42,564 nt of DNA from Candidatus Limnocylindria bacterium (GTDB lineage: Bacteria > Chloroflexota > Limnocylindria > QHBO01), in the NCBI GenBank assembly GCA_035764845.1, contig DASTYP010000243.1, positions 1 through 42,564 on the forward strand, given 5' to 3'. A model generated the notes under the pieces. It was given only the letters and a program-made list of their open reading frames with translations, did no database searches and was not told the origin of the DNA. Shown here one piece after another: positions 7,699 through 16,239 of the stretch. Each line of letters starts with the position of its first letter. Within the stretch, counting starts at the first letter, position 1. The position numbers and the translations under genes are program-made.

Positions 7699-10683
7699 TC
7701 AGCCCAGCGCCAGGGTCCGGGCGCCGCCCGGATCCAGCACCTCGGCCGTCCACGCATGGCAGGTGAAGTAGAGGACCTGGTGGCGGTCGGCCAGGTCGCG
7801 GATGGCGGCGGCCGCGCGCGCTGCGCGTTCGGCGTCGAAGTTGACCAGGATGTCGTCCATGACCACCGGGAGCGGCTCGGCGTGGATGGCGAACTGCTCG
7901 ATGAGGCCGAAGCGCAGCGCCAGGTACAGCTGCTCGCTCGTCCCGCGCGACAGCTCGTCCGTTGCGCGCATGGTGCCGCCGACCATCTCGACGCGGACGC
8001 TGGCGTCACCGGGCGGGGCGATGATTCGCGGGTATCGGCCGCCGGTGATCCGCTCGAAATGCGCTTCGGCGGACCGCACCACGTCCGGCTGGCGCTCGCG
8101 TTCGTAGCGTCTCCTCGTCTCCTCGAGCAGTCGCAGGGCGACTGCGCGGACTGCCCAAGCGCGAGCCATGGCGGCCGCCCGCCCCTCGACGATGGCGAGC
8201 TCCTGCCGCCGCGCTCCGAGCTCCTCGGCCGCCTCGAGCTGCCGCATGCGGGCGTCGAGAGCCCCGATCCGGCTGTTCGCCTCGCGCTCCTGCGCCTCGA
8301 GGCGTTCCAGCGCGTCACGCGCCTCCGCCTCGGCCGCCTCCAGACTGGCGCCGTCCGAGGCGCGCGCCTCGGCCACGAGCTCCGGTACGGCTTCGTCGTT
8401 GCCCGCGAGGACCGCGAGCTCGTTGCGCCGCGCCCGGATGGTCTCGCGCAGGCGGCGGCGGGTCTGGGCTTCCGTCGCGCGCCGGCGGAGGCCGTCGGGA
8501 TCGAGGCAGCCGGTCGCCTCGAGGTGGGCGCGCAGCGCGGCCTCTCGCTCCTCGACTGCCGCCGCCGCAACCTGGCGTCGCTCGGTGGCCTGAGCGATCC
8601 CGGCGTCCAGCTCCGCGGCGTGGCGCGCGTCCGCGCGCGCCTGGTCCAGCCGCTGCGCGAGGGTGACGATGGTGGCGTGGCGCCGCACGCCATCGGCCGG
8701 CCGCGCGCCGGTGACGCGCACGATCAGCTCGTCCGCTCGGGACGCGAAGTCGCGCTCCTCGGACCGGAGCGTCTCGAGCTCCTGCAGGGCGGCGTCCCGC
8801 TCGGCCGCGGCGCGTCGCGCGATGCCGGCGGCTGCCAGCACGTGGCGGACCGCCTCGGGCGTCTGCGCCGCCGGCAGGCCGTGGTCCGCCAGCCACGTCG
8901 CCCAGGCTTGCTCCGCCGTCGCGGCCTGCTCGCGCGCCGCCTCCACGTCGTGGAGCCGCCGCTCGACGTCCGCGCGGCGCGCGTCGAGGGCGCTCGACTG
9001 CTCCCGAACGCGCGCGTGTCGGGCGCGCTGCTGCGCGAGCTCCTCGGCCAGCGATCGCACGGCGCCGTCGAGTGCGTCGAGCGGCAGGCCCAGCCGGCGG
9101 AGGAGGTCCTCGCGCTCGCGATCCAGCGCCGTGGGATCGGCCGGCACGGAAGTGCGGGCGACGAGCCGACGCAGGACGGCCATGGTCAGCGCCGCGGTCG
9201 CTCCCCCGAGCGCGATCCCGGGAAGCGGTGCCCCGGCCAGCCAGGCCGCCAGGAAGACCGCCGCGCCGACCAGGGCCGCCATGCCGGCCAGGGCGCCGGT
9301 GCGGAATGCGGCGGCCCGACCGTGCGCGGCGACCGCAGCGGCGGCGGCGCGCCGCTCGCGGAGATCGTCGAAGGCGGCGACCAGCTGCGATCGTGCGCCC
9401 AGGGCCTCGTCGTCGCCGATCTCGACACCCCCGCCGACCTCTCGCAGGCGCACCTCCAGCTCCTCGGCCGCGGCGCGGCGGCGCTGTTCCGCCTCACCGA
9501 GCGCGGTGCGCGCCGCGGACAGCGCCCGTTCGTGCTCGCGGGTCGCCTCCACCGCACCGATGGAGTCGTCGAGGGCGACGAGGGTCGCCTCGTCCCAACC
9601 GCCAACGCGGGCCAGCTGCTCCGCGATCGCTGCGCCGTGACGCTGGAGCGCGGCGTCCAGGTCGCGGGCCCGGCCGTCGGCCGCGGTACGCCGCGTGGCC
9701 TCGGCGCTGAGCGTGACGAGCTCGTCGGCGACGGCGAGGATCGGCTCGTCGACCGTCAACGCCGCGCGCCGCCGGCAGGCGGTGTCGAGCTGCTCGTCCA
9801 GCGTGGCCAGCACCGCCCGCGCCTGCTCCAGGTCCGCGGTGCGGCGCTCGAGGACCACGAGGCCGTCATCCGGGAAGGCGTCGAGCGTCGGGTCGCCGGC
9901 CTGCAGCTCCGCCTCGAGCTGGCCGAGCTCCACGGCCAGCGGCGCGGCTCGACGCAGCGCCGCCAGGCGCGCCAGCCGCTCGCGGAGCGTGCGGAGCTCG
10001 TCGCGCAGCGCATCGGCCCGGGCACGCAGCTCGTCACGCTCGCGGCTCGCCTCGGCGTGCTCCTGGGGCTGCTTCGCCAGGTCGGCGATCTCCCGGCGCA
10101 GCTCCTCGGCGCGCGCGAGCAGCTGGTTGAGCGGCCGCTTGCTGCCCTGCGGCAGGAAGACGGCGTCCAGCTGCTGCCGCAGCCGTCGCTCGAGATCGAT
10201 GGCACTGGTGCCGCCGAGGCCGGCGCCCGCGCCGTAGATGCGGCCGCGGACCGCATCGGCGGAGAGGCTGGCCAGGGTCTGGAGCTCGCCCAGCCCGAAG
10301 GCGAAGATGTTGTTGAAGAGGTCCTTGTCGGCCCCGTGCAGCAGGCGGTCCAGCGTCTCCTGGCCGCCCTGGTTGCCGTTCGGCGCCCTGACCGCCAGGG
10401 CCCCGCCTCCTCCGCGCTCGCCGTGGCGCTCCACCGTCCAGCGTTCGCCGGACGCCGTCCGCAGTTGGAGGCGACCGCCACGGCGGCCACCGGCCAGCGC
10501 CGGGTACCAGGCGCGGCCGTCGCGGGACGATTCGAAGCCGAAGAGCAGGGCCCGGACGGCGTTCAGCAGCGTCGTCTTGCCCGCCTCGTTCGCGCCGAGC
10601 AGCACCGTCAGGCCGTCACCCAGGTCCCAGTGGGCGTCGTGGAAGCGGCCGAAGCCGTCGAGCTCCAGGCGCTCGATCCTCAC
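7699..10683 (-). CDS. SbcC/Rad50-like SMC-type ATPase, YhaN (SbcE)-like
   Basis: ORF 7699..11172 trimmed to GTG 10681-10683 (VRIERLELDGFGRF), which overlaps the SbcD-like stop as GTGA. Walker A is GANEAGKTTLL. Long R/A/E/L-rich coiled coils follow. The signature is LSRGTSEQLYLALRF and Walker B is PVVMDDILVNFD. Confidence 0.85.
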   Translation of the reverse strand: MRIERLELDGFGRFHDAHWDLGDGLTVLLGANEAGKTTLLNAVRALLFGFESSRDGRAWYPALAGGRRGGRLQLRTASGERWTVERHGERGGGGALAVRAPNGNQGGQETLDRLLHGADKDLFNNIFAFGLGELQTLASLSADAVRGRIYGAGAGLGGTSAIDLERRLRQQLDAVFLPQGSKRPLNQLLARAEELRREIADLAKQPQEHAEASRERDELRARADALRDELRTLRERLARLAALRRAAPLAVELGQLEAELQAGDPTLDAFPDDGLVVLERRTADLEQARAVLATLDEQLDTACRRRAALTVDEPILAVADELVTLSAEATRRTAADGRARDLDAALQRHGAAIAEQLARVGGWDEATLVALDDSIGAVEATREHERALSAARTALGEAEQRRRAAAEELEVRLREVGGGVEIGDDEALGARSQLVAAFDDLRERRAAAAAVAAHGRAAAFRTGALAGMAALVGAAVFLAAWLAGAPLPGIALGGATAALTMAVLRRLVARTSVPADPTALDREREDLLRRLGLPLDALDGAVRSLAEELAQQRARHARVREQSSALDARRADVERRLHDVEAAREQAATAEQAWATWLADHGLPAAQTPEAVRHVLAAAGIARRAAAERDAALQELETLRSEERDFASRADELIVRVTGARPADGVRRHATIVTLAQRLDQARADARHAAELDAGIAQATERRQVAAAAVEEREAALRAHLEATGCLDPDGLRRRATEAQTRRRLRETIRARRNELAVLAGNDEAVPELVAEARASDGASLEAAEAEARDALERLEAQEREANSRIGALDARMRQLEAAEELGARRQELAIVEGRAAAMARAWAVRAVALRLLEETRRRYERERQPDVVRSAEAHFERITGGRYPRIIAPPGDASVRVEMVGGTMRATDELSRGTSEQLYLALRFGLIEQFAIHAEPLPVVMDDILVNFDAERAARAAAAIRDLADRHQVLYFTCHAWTAEVLDPGGARTLALG

Positions 10684-12008
10684 CCCCGGTCCTCCTCGGC
10701 GGCCAGCAGCAGGTCGAGGCCAAGCGTCTCCGCCTCGTCCAGCAGCTCGCCGACCAGCACGGCGTCGTCGGGGCGGCCCTCCGCCAGGTGGCGGCGACCG
10801 CGGGGTGAATCGTCGAAGACCGGCGCGAGCGCCGACCGCAGCTCGCCCAGCCAGCGCTCGTGCTCCTCCGGATCCGTCGTCGTGCCGCTGCGCCGGGCGG
10901 CGGCCACCGTCCGCAGGAAGTCGCCGACGAAGTCCGGCGCCTCGCGCCGGGCGGTGACGTCGACGTCGGGACGGGTCGCATCGGTCAGCGACTCGACCCA
11001 GGCGAACGGCGGGGTCGCGCCCGCCTCCTCGTTGAGCAGGAGGCGAAGGTCGTCCACGTAGCCCGCGCGCCCCAGGTTCGCGTGGAGCGGGCCGCGGCCG
11101 GTGAGGCGCAGACGGACAATGAGCGAGCGGCCATCCGCCGCATCCAGCGCAGCCGCCATGGCGCTCACACACGCGCGGCGCAGCGCCTCGTCATCGGCGA
11201 GGTCGCCGGTGTCCACGTCGAGCGGCTGCCAGCGCACGACGTCGGTGACCACGAAGCGCGGCGTGACGCGGCGGGCGGCGTCGACCTCCACCAGCCAGCA
11301 GCCCCGCGCGCCGAGCTCGCCGGGGTCGCGGCCCTGAGGGATGCCCGAGTAGTAGGCGGGCGGATCGTCGAGGACGCGGCCCGGCTGGTGGATGTGGCCC
11401 AGCGCCCAGTAGTCCATGCCGGCGGCCCGAAGATCCTCGACCGAGCACGGCGCGTAGTTGTGGTGCCCGGGCCGGTCGCCGACGTTCGTGTGCAGCAGAC
11501 CGATCGAGAACGGCGCACCCGGCTCCGCGCGGAAGCCCGCGGCGTAGTTCTCCGTGACGGCGGGCCGCGGGTACGACCGGCCGTGGACGCGCGCGATCTC
11601 GCGCCCGTCGCGCAGGACCGGGACGGCCTCCACGGCGCGGGTGCCGAAGCGGTGGACCATATCCGGGAAGCGGAGCGACGGCGCCCAGCTGCGACCGTCG
11701 AGCGGATCGTGGTTGCCGTGGACCACGAAGCTCGGGATGCCCGCGGCCGCCAGCTCGGCCAGGCCGTCGCGGAAGCGGGTCTGGCCAAGCAGTGATGGGC
11801 TCGAGACCTCGAACACGTCCCCGGCGATCACGACGAGGTCCACCCGCTCGGCGATGGCCGTGCGAACGATGGCGCGCCAGGCCTCGGTGGTCGCGCCACG
11901 CAGCAAGGTCAGGACCTCGGGCGGCGCCTCCGAGCTCAGTCCCTCGACGGGGCTGTCGAGGTGGAGGTCACCGGCATGGATGAAGCGGAAGGGCTCGATC
12001 GAGGACAC
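10680..12008 (-). CDS. SbcD/Mre11-like metallophosphoesterase nuclease, YhaO-like
   Basis: Calcineurin-fold motifs are present: HAGDLHLD, IAGDVFE, HGNHD and LGHIH. The start is GTG at 12006-12008. Confidence 0.85.
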   Translation of the reverse strand: MSSIEPFRFIHAGDLHLDSPVEGLSSEAPPEVLTLLRGATTEAWRAIVRTAIAERVDLVVIAGDVFEVSSPSLLGQTRFRDGLAELAAAGIPSFVVHGNHDPLDGRSWAPSLRFPDMVHRFGTRAVEAVPVLRDGREIARVHGRSYPRPAVTENYAAGFRAEPGAPFSIGLLHTNVGDRPGHHNYAPCSVEDLRAAGMDYWALGHIHQPGRVLDDPPAYYSGIPQGRDPGELGARGCWLVEVDAARRVTPRFVVTDVVRWQPLDVDTGDLADDEALRRACVSAMAAALDAADGRSLIVRLRLTGRGPLHANLGRAGYVDDLRLLLNEEAGATPPFAWVESLTDATRPDVDVTARREAPDFVGDFLRTVAAARRSGTTTDPEEHERWLGELRSALAPVFDDSPRGRRHLAEGRPDDAVLVGELLDEAETLGLDLLLAAEEDRG

Positions 12009-12147
12009 GGCCCGGCAAGCGTAGCCGAAGGCCGTGACAGCTCATCGGTCACGAGGTGGACCGATGCGGTGGCGGGTACGACGACGCCGGCCGATCCCCC
12101 CTGAGGGTTCTCGGCCGGCGTCTGCGCAAACGGAGCGTCGGGCTCGG

Positions 12148-12294
12148 CTAGACCGTGCGCCGACCGCTCAGCAGCTGGAAGACCAGCACGATGGCCGCGA
12201 TGACCAGCAGCAGCCAGATGAGGCCACCACCGATGTTGCCGATCAGGCCAAGGAGCCAGAGGACCAGCAGGATGACGATGATCGTCCAGAGCAT
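12148..12294 (-). CDS. lmo0937-family small membrane protein (48 aa)
   Basis: The sequence is MLWTIIVILLVLWLLGLIGNIGGGLIWLLLVIAAIVLVFQLLSGRRTV. A strong SD (AAAGAGGAGAA) lies just upstream of ATG 12294. This is a trimmed version of ORF 12148..12489. Confidence 0.8.
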   Translation of the reverse strand: MLWTIIVILLVLWLLGLIGNIGGGLIWLLLVIAAIVLVFQLLSGRRTV

Positions 12295-12374
12295 CCGGTT
12301 CTCCTCTTTGTTGTCAGATCCCCTCCGTGGCCCCCTCGTATCGCATGATGCGTGCCAGCACGCTCGCCGACCGC

Positions 12375-12524
12375 TCAACCGCCGTGCGGCCGACGCTCCT
12401 CGATCACCTGGTACACGAGCAGCACCGCCGCGGCGAGCAGGAACAGGTTCACCCACTGGCCGAGCTGCAGGATCACGCCCGCCAGCCACAGCAGCAGCGC
12501 GGCCGCGGTGAGCACCCAGATCAC
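12375..12524 (-). CDS. Second lmo0937-like small membrane protein (49 aa, GTG start)
   Basis: The sequence VIWVLTAAALLLWLAGVILQLGQWVNLFLLAAAVLLVYQVIEERRPHGG shares the W..L..LLWL.G...L.LL.A.VLLV.Q....RR pattern with the neighbouring gene. The GTG overlaps the upstream peptide stop as GTGA. Confidence 0.5.
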   Translation of the reverse strand: MIWVLTAAALLLWLAGVILQLGQWVNLFLLAAAVLLVYQVIEERRPHGG

Positions 12525-12616
12525 GGGACCGGGTTGAACAGCACGGTGATGGCGAGCACCGCCAGGATGACCAGCAGGAGGACCGATGCCACGATCACCG
12601 TGGTGGCGAGGTCCAC
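12521..12616 (-). CDS. Possible 31-aa single-TM peptide
   Basis: The sequence is VDLATTVIVASVLLLVILAVLAITVLFNPVP. A GAGG lies 9 nt upstream of the GTG, directly after the bcp stop. It is translationally coupled to the next small ORF. There is no homology support. Confidence 0.3.
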   Translation of the reverse strand: MDLATTVIVASVLLLVILAVLAITVLFNPVP

Positions 12617-12627
12617 GGCGCCCGGCC

Positions 12628-13092
12628 TCACGCCGCGAGGACCTCGAGCAGCTGGTCGGTGTGCTCGGTCGGCTTGACCTGCGGCAGCACGTGCTCGATG
12701 CGGCCGTCCGCCCCGACCACGAAGGTCGTCCGCTCGTTCCCGAAGTAGTTGCGGCCCATGAAGTTCTTCTCGATCCAGACGCCGTAGGCATCGGCCAGGC
12801 GGTGCTCCTCGTCGACCAGCAGCGGGAAGGGCAGGTCGTACTTGGCGCGGAACTTCCCATGGCTCTTCGCGTTGTCCGGCGAGACCCCGTAGATGGCCAC
12901 CCCGGTCGCCGAGACATCGGTCCAGCGGTCGCGCAGGCCGCACGCCTGCGCGGTGCAGCCGGCAGTGTCGTCCTTGGGATAGAAGTAGAGGACGTAGCGC
13001 GAACCGGCCAGGCTCTCGCTGGACACCGTGCTGCCGTCGTCCGCGGTGAGGGAGAAGTCCGGCGCGCGGTCGCCGGCGGTCAATCGGCTCAT
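12628..13092 (-). CDS. bcp: Thioredoxin-dependent peroxiredoxin, BCP type
   Basis: It has YFYPKDDTAGCTAQACG, the PxxxTxxC peroxidatic Cys context with a second Cys five residues on. The 154-aa length fits. A -10 box TAGACT lies 8 nt upstream of the ATG. Confidence 0.9.
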   Translation of the reverse strand: MSRLTAGDRAPDFSLTADDGSTVSSESLAGSRYVLYFYPKDDTAGCTAQACGLRDRWTDVSATGVAIYGVSPDNAKSHGKFRAKYDLPFPLLVDEEHRLADAYGVWIEKNFMGRNYFGNERTTFVVGADGRIEHVLPQVKPTEHTDQLLEVLAA

Positions 13093-13103
13093 GGGAGGAG
13101 AGT

Positions 13104-14069
13104 CTAGCCTCCGGCGTCGCCGATCTCCTCGATGGCGACGAGCACCGGCGGCAGCTCCCGGGGCTCCATCCGGCTCACCAGCGCATCGGCGAAGGCGCCG
13201 ATGGCGCCGTCATCGACCTCCGCCAGATCGTGGCCGGCGCCCGGGATCCGCTGCACCAGCGGGTCGTTCCCGCCAGCGCGCAGCGCATCGGCCAGCAGGT
13301 CGGTCTCGTCCGGTGCCGCCCACGCGTCCTCGCTCCCGTGGGCCAGGACCACGTTGCGGCGCAGCATGGTGCCGAGGGCCAGCGGCGGCGTGTGGAACGC
13401 CTGCTCGTACGGCGCCAACATCAGCTGCACCGGCCCGTCCACGTCGATGGTCATGCTCGGCTCGCGGCGCTGCGCTCGCTCGATCAGCTCCTCCGATCGC
13501 CGATCGAGGGCGACGACGATCGGGTGCCGGAGGTCGGTCCCCGTGCGGGAGCGCGTCGCCACGCCGCGGCGCAGGACGTCGCGGAACGAACGCGCCGAGG
13601 CGCCGACCAGGCCCACGGCGCCGACCGCCGGGTCGGCGATGGCCACGCTGAGCGCGATCGCGACCCCCTCGCCGTGCCCGACGATGGCGGTGCGCCGCAG
13701 GTCGAGGTCCCGTCGCGAGCGCATGGCGCCGAGCGCATCGCGCGCGTCGTCGATGCGGGTGAAGAGGTCCGTGGCAGCCCAGTCGCCCTCCGACTCGCCG
13801 CACCCGCGGGGGTCGTAGCGCAAGCTCGCCACGCCCCGCGCTGCCAGCGCATCCGCCAGCCGGGCCAGCAGATGGGGGTCGTCGGTCGCCGGCCGCGCGA
13901 ACCAGCCGGGGTGGCCGGCCCGGTCCCACGCACCGTCACGGTCGCGCGGAAGCCAGGAGCCGACCAGCAATGCCCACGGCGCGCGACCCTCGACGCCGTC
14001 GGGCAGGGTGAGCGTGCCGGCCAGCATCAGGCTGCCGGCGCGGAAGCGGAGGTCGTCGGAGCGGGGCAT
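13104..14069 (-). CDS. Alpha/beta-hydrolase-fold protein; the nucleophile elbow reads GHGEG
   Basis: The layout is YDPRGCGESEG ... IVGHGEGVAIAL ... HGSEDAWA ... GAGHDL, which is typical of the fold. Confidence 0.7.
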   Translation of the reverse strand: MPRSDDLRFRAGSLMLAGTLTLPDGVEGRAPWALLVGSWLPRDRDGAWDRAGHPGWFARPATDDPHLLARLADALAARGVASLRYDPRGCGESEGDWAATDLFTRIDDARDALGAMRSRRDLDLRRTAIVGHGEGVAIALSVAIADPAVGAVGLVGASARSFRDVLRRGVATRSRTGTDLRHPIVVALDRRSEELIERAQRREPSMTIDVDGPVQLMLAPYEQAFHTPPLALGTMLRRNVVLAHGSEDAWAAPDETDLLADALRAGGNDPLVQRIPGAGHDLAEVDDGAIGAFADALVSRMEPRELPPVLVAIEEIGDAGG

Positions 14070-14076
14070 CGGGCCG

Positions 14077-14086
14077 ATGGTACGCT
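14077..14086. promoter_or_regulatory. Overlapping back-to-back -10 boxes for two divergent, apparently leaderless genes
   Basis: On the plus strand, TACGCT (14081-14086) lies 9 nt before GTG 14096. On the minus strand, TACCAT (14077-14082) lies 7 nt before ATG 14069. The whole intergenic gap is 26 bp. Confidence 0.35.
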
Positions 14087-14095
14087 CGCGGCCCA

Positions 14096-15418
14096 GTGAC
14101 CCCGCCGCTCCCCACCCTCGAGCCGTCGTTCGCGCCCGCGCCCGAGCCGGTGCCCTTCACGCCGGACCCGCGGACGGCGCTGCCGCCCGCCGCGGAGGTC
14201 GTCGTCGTCGGCGCCGGGATGGTCGGGGCATCGGCCGCGTACCACCTGGCCCGCGCCGGCATGCGGCCGCTGGTGATCGAGGCCAACGCGCCCGCCTGGG
14301 GTGCCTCCGGGCGCAACGCCGGGATGGCCCTGGCCGGGCTGGGCGGCCACTTCCCACGGGTGACGCGGCTGGTGCAGGAGGCCGGCGGCCGGTCGATCCT
14401 CGACTACACCATGCGCTCGCTCGACATGCTCGAGGTTTGGGATCACGAGCTGGGCGGCCACGGGATCGAGTGGGACCGCTTCGGGTCGCTGGACCTGGCC
14501 GTCACCGAGGCCGAGGAGGCGCACATCCGCCACATGGCCGGGATCCAGGCCGCGGAGGGCCTGGAGGTCGAGGTCATCGGCGCCGATGCGCTGCGCGAGC
14601 TGGCGCCCGGCCTCGCCGTCGAGGAGGTGCGCGCCGCGAAGTGGACGCCGCGCGACGCGAAGCTCAACCCGTTCCGCCTCTGCTACGCGCTGCTCGAGGA
14701 CGCCATGGCCCACGGCGCGACGGTCGCCACCGGCGTGCGGGTCGACGCGCTCCGGGCGCACGCGGGCCGCATGGCGGGCGTCGAGACGTCCCACGGCCCG
14801 GTCGACGCGGGTGCGGTGCTGGTGGCGACCAACGCCTACACGCCGGCGCTGGTGCCGTCCATCGCCGCCAACCTGACGCCCATCCGCGAGACGGTGTGCG
14901 TCACCGAGATGCTGCCGTTCTCCATCGGCCGACCCGGCTTCGAGACCAACCAGTGCAACGAGTACTGGCGCCAGATGCGCACCGGCGAGGTCGTCATCGG
15001 CGGCTTCGCGGTCGCCGACGAGGCGATGGGCATCGGCTCCTACTCGATCACCGTGCGCCCGCAGGTCCCGCCGCTGCTCGCCGGCCTGCTGGCGCGCCTG
15101 CACCCGGCCTTGACCGATGCGCGCATCGTGCGCTGCTGGGCAGGACTGCTCGACTTCGCGTCGCTGGAGATGCCGATGGCGGGGGCTCTGCCGGCGTCCG
15201 ACGGCACGGCCGTGCCGGGCGGGTACGTCGCGGCCGGGCTGACCGGCCACGGCCACCCGTACGCGCCCATCCTGGGCCTCCTCCTGGCCGAGCTCATCAC
15301 CGAGGGCGAGGCGCGAACGCTGTCCCTGGCGCCCTTCGATCCGCGCCGCTACGTCGGCGAGCGGCACGAACCAACGTGGCTGGAGCCCTTCCGGGGCGAG
15401 ACGCCGATCGAGCGCTGA
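14096..15418 (+). CDS. FAD-dependent oxidoreductase (DAO / glycine-sarcosine oxidase family)
   Basis: It has a VVVVGAGMVGASAAYHLARAG Rossmann motif followed by GASGRNAG. The start is GTG, and the N-terminal roughly 35 aa are P-rich, so the start is somewhat uncertain. Confidence 0.8.
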   Translation: MTPPLPTLEPSFAPAPEPVPFTPDPRTALPPAAEVVVVGAGMVGASAAYHLARAGMRPLVIEANAPAWGASGRNAGMALAGLGGHFPRVTRLVQEAGGRSILDYTMRSLDMLEVWDHELGGHGIEWDRFGSLDLAVTEAEEAHIRHMAGIQAAEGLEVEVIGADALRELAPGLAVEEVRAAKWTPRDAKLNPFRLCYALLEDAMAHGATVATGVRVDALRAHAGRMAGVETSHGPVDAGAVLVATNAYTPALVPSIAANLTPIRETVCVTEMLPFSIGRPGFETNQCNEYWRQMRTGEVVIGGFAVADEAMGIGSYSITVRPQVPPLLAGLLARLHPALTDARIVRCWAGLLDFASLEMPMAGALPASDGTAVPGGYVAAGLTGHGHPYAPILGLLLAELITEGEARTLSLAPFDPRRYVGERHEPTWLEPFRGETPIER

Positions 15419-15435
15419 ATTCCGGCGGCAGCGTC

Positions 15436-16239
15436 CTAGCCGATGAGCGGTCGCCAGGTCCCGAGCGCCAGGCTGACACCGATCGCGACGGCCGCCAGCG
15501 CCGCCGCGGCGGCGATCCAGCCCCAGTCGCCCGCCGTCATCCGCTGGGGCCGAGCGACGGTTCGACAGTCCTGCGCCCCGAAGCCGCGCGCCTCCATCGC
15601 GGCCGCCATCCGCGTGCCGCGGCGGATGGCCCCGACCAGCAGGGCCATGAGCTGCCCGGCGAAGAGCCGCACCGCGGCGACGGGGTTTCGACCCGAGTCC
15701 ACGCCGCGCGCGCGCCGTGCCATCGACAGCGTCTGCCACTCCTGCGCGAGGAGCGGCAGCAGCCTGACGGCGGCCAGTGCCCCGATCGCGAAGCGCGGCG
15801 AGACGCGCAGCTGCTGGACCAGCGCATGGGCCAGCTCCGTCGGCTGCGTGGTCGCGGTGGCCAGGATGCCCGCCCCGGCGATGGCCAGCAGCCGCAGCGC
15901 GAGGCCGAGGCCGTCGACCAGCGTGCCGGCGCCGATGCGCAGCGGCCCGAGCGAAACGGCCGTCGGCCCCACCTGCTCGGCGGCGAACACCACGTTGAAG
16001 ACCGCGATCGATACCGCGGCGAGCGCCACCAGCCACGCCCGCGAGGCGAGGGCCGACGGCGAGAGACCCGACATGCCGAGCGCGATGGCCAGGCCCGCCA
16101 GGATGACGAGCGCCGTGACGTGGTCGAGCGATGCGAACAGCGCGACCAGCAGCACGAGGGCGGCGGCGAGCTTGGCAACCGGATTCGCGCGCGCCAGCGG
16201 CGCCGCGGGATCGGGGACCAGCGGTGTGAGCAGCTGCAT
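15436..16239 (-). CDS. ykoC: ECF transporter transmembrane (T) component, CbiQ/EcfT family
   Basis: ORF 15436..16368 trimmed to ATG 16239 (MQLLTPLV...), which overlaps the ATPase stop as ATGA. It is a polytopic membrane protein with an ARRARG-type loop. Confidence 0.8.
   Translation of the reverse strand: MQLLTPLVPDPAAPLARANPVAKLAAALVLLVALFASLDHVTALVILAGLAIALGMSGLSPSALASRAWLVALAAVSIAVFNVVFAAEQVGPTAVSLGPLRIGAGTLVDGLGLALRLLAIAGAGILATATTQPTELAHALVQQLRVSPRFAIGALAAVRLLPLLAQEWQTLSMARRARGVDSGRNPVAAVRLFAGQLMALLVGAIRRGTRMAAAMEARGFGAQDCRTVARPQRMTAGDWGWIAAAAALAAVAIGVSLALGTWRPLIG

Noticed and set aside
7756-11061. A 1101-aa plus-strand ORF, together with many 100-300-aa ORFs in the same span.
   Set aside because: It is antisense to the SbcC-like gene. 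Its product is an R/A/G/P-rich low-complexity sequence with no motifs. This is a typical stop-codon-poor artefact of very GC-rich DNA.
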